Shown piece after piece: positions 18,621-26,712 of a DNA stretch of 64,000 bases. The notes beneath the pieces are model-generated. The model saw only the letters and a list, made by a program, of their open reading frames with translations, ran no database searches and had not been told where the DNA came from. The stretch lies in assembly GCA_015661395.1 (NCBI GenBank), contig JACWML010000001.1, positions 19,273 to 83,272 on the forward strand, given 5' to 3'. Made by a program: the position numbers and the translations under genes. Source of the DNA: Methanomicrobia archaeon. GTDB taxonomy: Archaea > Halobacteriota > Bog-38 > Methanoflorentales > Methanoflorentaceae. How positions within the stretch are numbered: position 1 is the first letter of the stretch; each line of letters starts with the position of its first letter.

Positions 18621-19376
18621 ATGGGGATTATAACCCTCATTTCTGACTTTGGGACGTTCTATCCCGCCGTAATGAAGGCCGTCATCCTCGGCATAGCACC
18701 GGACGTCAGTATCGTCGATGTAACTCACGACATTTCGCCCCAGAACGTGCGCGAGGCGGCGTTCATCCTCCGAGAGACAGTCAAGTACTTCCCTCGAGGC
18801 ACAACGCACATCGCCGTCGTTGATCCGACCGTCGGGACGGGCAGGCGGGCCTTAGTCATCGAAGCGGGAGGGCACTACCTCGTTGGCCCCGACAACGGAC
18901 TTCTGATTCCTGCAGCACGCTCCTTAGGCGATTTTGAAGCGATGTGCGTCCACGTGGCGGCCAAGTCAAGAACGTTTCACGGGAGAGACGTCTTCGCCCC
19001 GGTGGGGGCGCATGTCTCTCTGGGGCGGCTGCGAAACCTTGAGCCTGCGCCCGCGCACGTAGACCTTGAACTCCAAGACCCGCAGGTGTCTGAGCACACC
19101 GTTAGCGGCACCGTCGTCTACGTCGACCGGTTTGGGAACTGCGTGACGAATATCAGCGGTATCCTTATGGCACGACGATCGGGCTACGGCAGCACGCACC
19201 TTCTCAACGGTTCCGTCGCGGTACAGTTTGTGAGAACGTACGACGAAGTAGCTCACGGACACCCGTTGTTGACCGTTGGAAGCTTCGATTTGGTGGAGGT
19301 GTCCATCAACCAAGGAGATGCTGCCACAGAGCTTAATCTTAATTCAGGTGACACGGTAACGCTCGATCGATTGTGA
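18621..19376 (+). CDS. SAM hydroxide adenosyltransferase / SAM hydrolase (DUF62 family)
   Basis: MGIITLISDFGTFYPAVMKAVILG and the later FHGRDVFAPV match the family pattern. The start is set at ATG 18621. Confidence 0.8.
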   Translation: MGIITLISDFGTFYPAVMKAVILGIAPDVSIVDVTHDISPQNVREAAFILRETVKYFPRGTTHIAVVDPTVGTGRRALVIEAGGHYLVGPDNGLLIPAARSLGDFEAMCVHVAAKSRTFHGRDVFAPVGAHVSLGRLRNLEPAPAHVDLELQDPQVSEHTVSGTVVYVDRFGNCVTNISGILMARRSGYGSTHLLNGSVAVQFVRTYDEVAHGHPLLTVGSFDLVEVSINQGDAATELNLNSGDTVTLDRL

Positions 19377-19420
19377 CGAACGTCATCCTTGCAAGAAGCA
19401 GGGCGCTCTTTCCACGAACG

Positions 19421-19900
19421 TCAGAGCGGGTCCTCTACGCTTTGCGAGCACACGCCTTCAAGCAGAAGCAGTTTTCGTTTGATGTCAACGCCCCAAGAAA
19501 AGCCCCCAAGGCCGGACGCGGCTACGACGCGATGGCACGGCACAAATAGCGGAACCGGGTTGTGGTGCAGCGCATTGCCTACCGCTCGGGCCGCTTTCGG
19601 CTTCCCTAATAACGCCGCCAATCCCGAGTAAGTCGCCGTACTCCCTCTTGGTATCCCTCGCACCGATTGCAGTACGGCCCGTTCGAATGCCGAGCGGTTT
19701 CCAAGGTCGACCTGAAAGGTGCCAAGGTCAACGTTCTCTCCTTTCAAGTAGCGTTCAAGTGCTTTTGCGGCTGCTGTCGTAGTGCGTGCGTTAAACGAAC
19801 CCGCTGCCCCGAGTGCAACTTGACAAACGACGTCGTTGCTTAGCGCAACAGACACGAATCTACCCAGGTATTCAGAATAGAAGCACCCGGTTTCAGTCAT
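19421..19900 (-). CDS. ogt: Methylated-DNA--protein-cysteine methyltransferase
   Basis: 159 aa with the active-site motif VPCHRVV and TYSGLAALLGKPKAARAVGNAL. Confidence 0.9.
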   Translation of the reverse strand: MTETGCFYSEYLGRFVSVALSNDVVCQVALGAAGSFNARTTTAAAKALERYLKGENVDLGTFQVDLGNRSAFERAVLQSVRGIPRGSTATYSGLAALLGKPKAARAVGNALHHNPVPLFVPCHRVVAASGLGGFSWGVDIKRKLLLLEGVCSQSVEDPL

Positions 19901-19905
19901 GGCTG

Positions 19906-20589
19906 TTAAAGGAGGTACCAGTCGTAGTCATACAAAGCCTTTACAAGCGTCCCTAATTGGACGTCTTCGCGAGGATCGACCACGAGTGAACGTAACGCAT
20001 CCTTCAAGTCAGCCAAATATTGCGCGTTGCTCAAGCTCCCGTACTCAAACCTCCTGCCGCGAACCCGGCAACGTTCGAGCGTCTCCTGCCGAGGTAGAAT
20101 GGTGACAGAAAGGTCGGTCATTTCACAAGCCTGTTGCATGGCTTTCCTAAAATCACCGGTGCAATAGGCAACACGGTGGCGGTAGTTGCTCCGCGTCTTT
20201 TCTAGATATCGGTGGAGCCGCGCACTCTCTAGTTCGATGAACTTCTTCTTGACTGACATGACGTCGCAGTCGCCGAGTACGAAATCGTAGTGAGCAAATG
20301 GGTACTCGGTATCAAGCTCCCTCGGAGTGACGCCGCACGTCCCAAATGCGACGATGTGCACTTCTTCTGGCTCCAAAACGCTGAAAATGACCTTGTCGTA
20401 ATTTTGATGACTTGGACTCGTGTGATAAGGCTTCACCTTCGCACACGGCACAAAAATCAATACCTCACGCACGGGCGCAACGTACTCACGCAGCACGTGC
20501 TCATTTGCCCTCACCATGTCAGGATGGGCAAAGATCTTCTCTCCAACCAGCGACAATTTTGAGCGCTCTGATTCAGGGATTATCATCAT
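19906..20589 (-). CDS. Stand-alone DUF5591 / ArcS core-domain protein
   Basis: 227 aa containing PCAKVKPYHTSPSH. This fits exactly the PC-x3-KPY-x2-S-x2-H motif that I recall as defining archaeosine synthase ArcS. No TGT-like or PUA domain is attached. Confidence 0.65.
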   Translation of the reverse strand: MMIIPESERSKLSLVGEKIFAHPDMVRANEHVLREYVAPVREVLIFVPCAKVKPYHTSPSHQNYDKVIFSVLEPEEVHIVAFGTCGVTPRELDTEYPFAHYDFVLGDCDVMSVKKKFIELESARLHRYLEKTRSNYRHRVAYCTGDFRKAMQQACEMTDLSVTILPRQETLERCRVRGRRFEYGSLSNAQYLADLKDALRSLVVDPREDVQLGTLVKALYDYDWYLL

Positions 20590-20615
20590 CAGCGCAGTGG
20601 CCAGCGCTCAACAGC

Positions 20616-21197
20616 CTACAAAAGGCTTAGGCTTTTGAGTTCCTTAACAATTCGATCAACCGCATTAGCCGCGTCTTCGGGCTTTCGACCGCCAGTGACT
20701 ACCAGTTTGCCGGAACCAAACAAAAGAACCACGACTTTAGGATCTGACAAACGGTACACGAGGCCCGGAAACTGTTCAGGCTCGTACTCTATGTTCTCTA
20801 GCCCGAGCCCTATCGCAATCGCGTTCAAATTCAACACTGAGTGAAGATCTGCTGACGCGACGATGTTCTGGACTTTAATCTCGGGCGTTCCCTTCACCTC
20901 GATTCCAATATTGCGAAGACTTTGAAATACGTTTTCAAGGCCCTTATAAACGTCATCGATGCTTTTTGCGCCCGTGCAGACAATTTTTCCCGATCGGAAA
21001 ATTAACGCTGCCGTCTTCGGGTCCTTGGTCCGGTAGACGAGGCCCGGAAACTGTTCGGGGTCATAATCTGCACCCTCTAACGCAAGCGTGATTTGCTTGA
21101 GGTTTATCTCTATTCCGATGCCGGTTGAGGCTACCACATTTTCGATCTTAATGGTGTCTCGCGGTTCGATATTACTAGTGTCTCGCGGTTCAACCAT
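20616..21197 (-). CDS. tbp: TATA-box binding protein
   Basis: 193 aa with two TBP repeats (ENVVAS...FPGLVYR / QNIVAS...FPGLVYR). AT-rich TATA-like elements lie at 21223-21250 upstream. Confidence 0.95.
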   Translation of the reverse strand: MVEPRDTSNIEPRDTIKIENVVASTGIGIEINLKQITLALEGADYDPEQFPGLVYRTKDPKTAALIFRSGKIVCTGAKSIDDVYKGLENVFQSLRNIGIEVKGTPEIKVQNIVASADLHSVLNLNAIAIGLGLENIEYEPEQFPGLVYRLSDPKVVVLLFGSGKLVVTGGRKPEDAANAVDRIVKELKSLSLL

Positions 21198-21329
21198 ACG
21201 CTTTCTCCCCCGTTCTTTGTTGCTTTATAAAGGCTTTTTATATATAACGTTAAGGGGCTCTCGTTGGTGTTCTGAAAGCGATCCGCCTCAAAATCTGGGG
21301 CGCTTCGCAATTACGCGAGCACAGCAATT

Positions 21330-21361
21330 TTATCTACCCGGTGGCTTATCTACCCGGTGGC
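21330..21361. repeat. Perfect tandem direct repeat, 2 x 16 nt (TTATCTACCCGGTGGC)
   Basis: Read directly from the sequence, in the tbp / trm11 divergent intergenic region. Confidence 0.9.
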
Positions 21362-21552
21362 CATAGCATATATCCTCGCATGACGCCTACGCTACGTGAT
21401 GTTCACGAATTTGTCGGACGGTGATTCACGAGCGACTTAGGCGTTCGCAGCCCGCGAGTGGACCAAGATAACCAGCGATTGTGGCCCAACCAGAGTCGTG
21501 GGCCAACGGCAAGTCGGTTTTTACGAGCTTGCGGGTATGACCGGAGTACGAC

Positions 21553-22533
21553 ATGAGACTTGCATTTGAGCTATCTGGAGAGAACAAAAGTATTCCACGA
21601 GCAGAGGTTCTCGCACTTTTCAGCGGCGCCCTAGAACGAGAGCTTGAACGCGTTCTCGTGATTGATGTCGATACCTATGACCAGGCTCTCGGTGAGCGCT
21701 TAGCGATGACGCACGCGATACTCGAGGTTAAGGACGTGTGTTCACAAGAGCTCGAATCTATCTACCGAGCAGCCGGAAGCATTGAGCTACCTCGGGTCAG
21801 CGTCGCGGTGCGGGCTAAGCGCATTGGACACGGCCTGAAAAGCACAGAGGTCGAGGCTACGATCGGAAAGGCGCTTGCTGAGCGCGGATACGAAATCGAC
21901 CTTACCCATCCGCAGCTTCAAGTGAGGGCTCTGCTCAGCGAGGGCGTTTGCATAATCGGGGTACCATTAGCGTTGATCGATCGCTCGCGCTTCGAATCGA
22001 GGCGCCCGCGTGTGCGGCCCTATTTCTATCCCGGCGTGCTCCTGCCGCGGTTCGCCCGAGCCGCTGTAAACCTCACACGTGTTAAAGCTGAAGAGCTCTT
22101 GTTAGACCCGTTCTGCGGCACAGGCGGAATACTGCTTGAAGCTGGTCTCCTCGGGGCTACAATCATGGGGTCAGATGTCGACGGTAGGATGGTTTTTGGA
22201 ACGAAGATGAACCTCGACTACTATGACGTTCTGAGTGATCTGCTGGTCCAAGACGCTCGACGATTAGGTCTAAGGGACGAGTGTGTGGACGCTGTCGCAA
22301 CCGATCTACCATATGGCCGTTCCGTAAGTGTACGAGCCCATTCGCTGAATCAACTGAAGGCAGCGGCCTTAGACGAAATTTTTCGCGTGCTAAAACGCAA
22401 CGCGCTGGCCGTTTTGATATCCCATAGCCCGATTGAGTACGAGGTCACGGATGCTGGTTTCACGATCGAAGGACGCCACACGCAATACGTGCATAAGAGC
22501 CTAACAAGAGAAATCGTCATAGCGCGTAAATGA
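21553..22533 (+). CDS. trm11: tRNA (guanine(10)-N2)-methyltransferase, THUMP domain (aTrm11/Trm-G10)
   Basis: 326 aa. N-terminal THUMP-like region, SAM motif DPFCGTGGILLEAG and catalytic DLPYGR. Confidence 0.85.
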   Translation: MRLAFELSGENKSIPRAEVLALFSGALERELERVLVIDVDTYDQALGERLAMTHAILEVKDVCSQELESIYRAAGSIELPRVSVAVRAKRIGHGLKSTEVEATIGKALAERGYEIDLTHPQLQVRALLSEGVCIIGVPLALIDRSRFESRRPRVRPYFYPGVLLPRFARAAVNLTRVKAEELLLDPFCGTGGILLEAGLLGATIMGSDVDGRMVFGTKMNLDYYDVLSDLLVQDARRLGLRDECVDAVATDLPYGRSVSVRAHSLNQLKAAALDEIFRVLKRNALAVLISHSPIEYEVTDAGFTIEGRHTQYVHKSLTREIVIARK

Positions 22534-22724
22534 CAGCTATGCGCCTTACCAGCGCAGAGCCCGGGTCTGGTTCGCTGCTGGCAGCCGAGCGGTCACATCA
22601 AGCGTCTGGGGGTTGAAACAATCCGCGGCAATTTCAGGCGAGGAACACGAGCTCATCTGCACGTTCCCAAAGAACCACCGTGCGAACAGAGTGCAATCTC
22701 AAGCAAGCACGGATTTGGGGGGCG

Positions 22725-23009
22725 TTACACGCGATGCATATAGCGGAAAACATCTTCGTGCTGGGCGGTAATTCTCACACCCTGGGAGGCACCAACGGCG
22801 TCAAGTCCCTTTTTTAGGTCGTCGAACTTCGCCGCGCCGATGTTGACGATCATAATCATCGTAAACAGCTCGGACACGATGGTCTGGCTAATATCCTCGA
22901 TGTTGGCATTCACGCTCGCGAGTAGAGTGGTGACGGCCGCTACGATGCCGGGATGATCAGAGCCGGTCACCGTTACGATGATCCGCGCGCTGCACGATGG
23001 GGGAGCCAC
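22725..23009 (-). CDS. ACT domain protein (UPF0237-like)
   Basis: 94 aa with [33 protein letters not shown]. It lies directly downstream of metG on the same strand. Confidence 0.7.
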   Translation of the reverse strand: MAPPSCSARIIVTVTGSDHPGIVAAVTTLLASVNANIEDISQTIVSELFTMIMIVNIGAAKFDDLKKGLDAVGASQGVRITAQHEDVFRYMHRV

Positions 23010-23021
23010 GCTTCGACCTCC

Positions 23022-25016
23022 TTATTTGATTCTGGTGCCCGACTGCATCTTTCCTGCCGGTCGAATGAGGACCGACCGACTGTCGTTCTCAGCGACGAGC
23101 AGCATGCCGCGAGATTCGATGCCCATCAACTTCACCGGCTGCAGATTGATAAGCACGACGACGTCAGTGCCAATCAGGTCCTCAGGCGCGTAGTCTTTGG
23201 CGATTCCCGCCACAATCTGCCGGGTCTCTTCGCCCAATTGTGCTGTAATTCTCAAGAGCTTATTAGATCCTTGGACCGGTTCGGCTTCGACGACGCGGGC
23301 GACCCTCAGATCAATTTTCTTGAAGTCGTCAAGCTTGATTGCCGCCTCCTCCGTGCTCGGCTCCTTGCCGGGACCTTTAAGATCCGCCCCGGCGATTCTT
23401 TCGTTTAGTATAGCCTCCATTGCACCGATCTTCTTCTCGTCGATCTTAGCGAACGGCAGCGCCGGCTTGGGAAGACGCAACGGTTCAACCTCCACCGTTG
23501 CGTCGGAAAAATACGTCGTGGTCAGGCCAAGCTGCGCTTGAACGCCACGCATCGTCGATGGCATGACAGGCTCCAACAACACGGACAAGGCTTTCACAAG
23601 CTGTATGCAGTTCTTGAGTTCACTTGCGCACGCCGTCCTATCGGATTTCACTAGATTCCAGAGCTCTCTTGACTGGAAATACGCGTTGCCGAAGTCTGAG
23701 AGCGACATCGCCGCGTCGACGACCTTCTTAAACTCATACTCCTCCAGTGCGCTCACCATCTTCTCGCGCGTCTCGGCTACGCGCTCCATTATCGCAGAAT
23801 CCACGGGACCTTCAGGTACGCGCCCGAAGTTTTTGTACGCGAAGTGCAGGGTGCGATAGATGAAGTTCCCCAGCGACCCAACGAGTTCACGGTTGACCTT
23901 CTCACCAAAGACTTGCCATGAGAAATTCAGCTCCTTCGTGTGTGACGTATAGCTGGCGAGATAAAAGCGAAGTAAATCCGGATGAAACCCGTGGTCGAGG
24001 TAATCTTCATCTACCCAAACCACATACCCGCGACTTTTTGAGAACGTCTTGCCGTCGACTTTGACCATTCCCGACGCGACGATAGCCGTCGGCAAGGTGA
24101 AGCCCGCTCCTTTTAATAGCGCCGGCCAGAAGACGGCGTGATGGTAGATGATGTCGGTGCCGATGAAGTGAATTATGTTCGAATCGCTCTTCCAGTAGTC
24201 TTCCCAGACGCTTGTCGCTTCCTCGGTAAATGAGATATACCCTATCGGGGCGTCAACCCATACGTAGACCACCAGATCCGTTCCGGGAAATGAGACGCCC
24301 CACGCCAGATTTCGCGTAATACACCAGTCTTTCAATTCGTTGCTGACCCATTCGCGCGCATAGTTGCGGGCGTTGGCCGTTCCTCCGAGTCTTTCAAGGT
24401 ACGCTAACAAGAAGTCCTTGAACGCGGAGAGCTTGAAGAAGTAATGCTGCTCTTCCCGATACTCCGCACTGGCCCCACACGTCTTACACGTCGGATCGAC
24501 AATTTCCCCCGGTTCTAGATGGCGGCCGCATCCTTGATCGCACTCGTCCCCGCGCGCCGGCATGCCGCAAAAAAAGCACGCTCCCTCGACGTAGCGATCC
24601 GGTAGAAAACGATCGCATTCGGGACAGTACGCTAATCGTATGACCAGTGGGTATATGCAGCCGTTTGCTTGGAGCGATTTGACGATTTCCTGCGTTCTGA
24701 AGTGATTTGTGGGAGCATCGGTATTCCCATAATGGCTAAAGTCGACTGACAGAGCCTTAAACGTGTCCTCCCAGTAGCGGTGATAATACGCGGCAAGCTT
24801 GGCTGGCGTCGTTCCTTGTTGTTCAGCGTTAATCACGATGGGAGTTCCGTGCGTGTCCGAACCGCACACAAAGAGCGGGTCCTGCTGGAGCTTCTTAAGG
24901 CACCGAACGTAAATGTCCGCCGGGACGTACGTCCTGAGGTGACCGATATGGCACGGCCCGTTTGCGTAAGGCAGGCCGCACGTGATCAAAAGCGGTTTGA
25001 TCGAAAGCGATGTCAT
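23022..25016 (-). CDS. metG: Methionine--tRNA ligase with C-terminal tRNA-binding domain
   Basis: HIGH-type motif (PCHIGHL), KFSKSRG (KMSKS), a zinc knuckle CPECDRF...CFFCG, and a C-terminal EMAP/Trbp111-like domain. The start may be ATG 25016 (MTSLSIKP) or 25037. Confidence 0.95.
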   Translation of the reverse strand: MTSLSIKPLLITCGLPYANGPCHIGHLRTYVPADIYVRCLKKLQQDPLFVCGSDTHGTPIVINAEQQGTTPAKLAAYYHRYWEDTFKALSVDFSHYGNTDAPTNHFRTQEIVKSLQANGCIYPLVIRLAYCPECDRFLPDRYVEGACFFCGMPARGDECDQGCGRHLEPGEIVDPTCKTCGASAEYREEQHYFFKLSAFKDFLLAYLERLGGTANARNYAREWVSNELKDWCITRNLAWGVSFPGTDLVVYVWVDAPIGYISFTEEATSVWEDYWKSDSNIIHFIGTDIIYHHAVFWPALLKGAGFTLPTAIVASGMVKVDGKTFSKSRGYVVWVDEDYLDHGFHPDLLRFYLASYTSHTKELNFSWQVFGEKVNRELVGSLGNFIYRTLHFAYKNFGRVPEGPVDSAIMERVAETREKMVSALEEYEFKKVVDAAMSLSDFGNAYFQSRELWNLVKSDRTACASELKNCIQLVKALSVLLEPVMPSTMRGVQAQLGLTTTYFSDATVEVEPLRLPKPALPFAKIDEKKIGAMEAILNERIAGADLKGPGKEPSTEEAAIKLDDFKKIDLRVARVVEAEPVQGSNKLLRITAQLGEETRQIVAGIAKDYAPEDLIGTDVVVLINLQPVKLMGIESRGMLLVAENDSRSVLIRPAGKMQSGTRIK

Positions 25017-25385
25017 TTTGAAGTCCTCGTAGCCCAAGATCGCATTTCGGCATCCACAGCTCGCGCAGGATTCACCTTAAAACGCCTCCGGCGCGCACCA
25101 CGTAGGAGCTGCGTTTCGTGTCGCCAAGCCGATTCTGCGAAACGGGCTTCACAATGCATTGTGATAGTGGCTACCTATTTTAACTCTTCGAGAGCAGCGC
25201 TCTTTTCCGTCAGTCTCAGGACCCCACAGTTTGGACGTGGGGCTGCCACAGACCAATGCATACGCGTATCGTTCGAACTGAGGCACCTCAAAGGCAGGTC
25301 ACGGTTGAAAAGGCTTAAGTCTTGACAACCCGTGATCATTGTGCAAAGGAATTCGCGTGCATTGACGACGGAAAGGAGGCCTCTT

Positions 25386-25862
25386 ATGAGTGAAGAAGAG
25401 TCTTGTCAAACGTGTGGTGCCCCGCTACCACTTAATGCGCAGTTCTGTGTTCAGTGCGGAACCCGTGTAGATAAGAACGCCCCAGCAGCTGGTCCAAGTG
25501 CGGGGTCACCGATGCCAGGCTCACCCATTGCCATAGACGGGGTTCTGGTAGTAAGTTCAAATTGGATCCCAGGATACACTATTATAGAAACACGAGGATT
25601 CATCTACGGCCTTACGGTGCGGAGCAGAGGGCTTGGAAGAAATATTACAGCAGGATTGCGGTCTCTCGCAGGAGGAGAGATTCGCGAGTACGTAGAGATG
25701 ATGCAACACGCCAGAGATGAAGCGCTATACCGACTCGTGGAGCACGCGAAAGCAGTCGGTGCCAATGCCATAATAAGCGCCTACTTTGATTCTTCGGAGA
25801 TTTCTGATTATATGCAGGAGATCTTGGCATACGGAACGGCTGTGGTGATCGGGAAGAAATAA
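25386..25862 (+). CDS. Zinc-ribbon plus YbjQ/UPF0145 domain protein
   Basis: N-terminal CQTCGAPL...CVQCG, followed by the YbjQ-like body (GYTIIETRGFIYGLTVRSRG...GANAIISAYFD). Confidence 0.75.
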   Translation: MSEEESCQTCGAPLPLNAQFCVQCGTRVDKNAPAAGPSAGSPMPGSPIAIDGVLVVSSNWIPGYTIIETRGFIYGLTVRSRGLGRNITAGLRSLAGGEIREYVEMMQHARDEALYRLVEHAKAVGANAIISAYFDSSEISDYMQEILAYGTAVVIGKK

Positions 25863-25956
25863 TCGGGACAGTCGCCAGCGTCGAGGACGTAGAATGCAGC
25901 CACGCCGCTTGCTAATGCCCTCGTGGTCTTGGCAGATGGCTGCGACGTCACTGCAA

Positions 25957-26592
25957 TCACTCCTGGGTGAGATCGGGCCGAACCCTGCTCAAATAATCAA
26001 CAAAAAAGCCCGTTACAACTGCCTCGCCGACTGCCACAATGATGGTTAGTATCGGGATCTGGATCAGGTAAGTGAGTAGTGCGACGCCCTGTCACTCAGT
26101 TCCTTATGCGCCTGAAACCAGTATGACAATGAGAAAAACGTCGTTGACGACCAGCCACCCAGCAATGGCAGCGACAGCACCCCCGGTGAACATCTCAATT
26201 CGGCCTTTTGTCATTCTGAAGACGTAGAATGCGACCACGGTCTCGCTCAAGTTCACGATCGTGTTCGCTCCGACTAAGCCGCATCTGCCGTGACCAATGG
26301 CTGCGCTCAAGAGATTTACGATGAAGATAACAAGCAATCAGATGCCCTATCCGGCCAAGATGCCGATAAGCGGCGTGAGGTTCATGTGAACGCCTTGTGC
26401 GAACGGAATGTTGATCTGGAAGACTGCGAAGAGACTGCGGCAAGCAAGCAGGCGATCGCTAGCCGCTGAATTGCGATCGTGCGCCTTCGCGTGACAACGA
26501 GTGCGACAAGGAGCAGCGCGAGGGCTAGTAACCACCAAAATAGGGGCCCACTGGATGGGAAGAACGCCATCCGGAAGATGAATGTGCGCCAT
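25957..26592 (-). pseudogene. cbiM: Decayed cbiM/nikM-type ECF transporter substrate component
   Basis: MAHIHLPDGVL start, INIPFAQGVHMNL, GANTIVNL and a C-terminal GEAVVTGFFVDYL are all recognisable. The gene is interrupted by TAG, TGA, TAA and TGA in frame and by two frame changes near the N-terminus. Confidence 0.7.
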
Positions 26593-26712
26593 GTTAGAGC
26601 TCCGCCAAATGTAACGAATTGCTCGTTTGGCTATTAGGTGAAGCTTTCTGTGTCGAAGATGCGCTGGAGCTCGGAGCACGATTATGAAAAAGAGGCGGTG
26701 ATCACAGCTCGG

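Noticed and set aside
24780-25325. 181-aa plus-strand ORF upstream of the YbjQ-domain gene
   Set aside because: Its first half is antisense to the metG 5' end. The rest is Arg/Ser-rich with no coding-like pattern. The region 25040-25385 is treated as intergenic.
26338-26349. In-frame TAG inside the cbiM-like gene, considered as a possible pyrrolysine codon
   Set aside because: A TGA follows two codons later in the same frame. Further TAA and TGA stops and two frame changes occur in the same gene. Decay is the simpler explanation.
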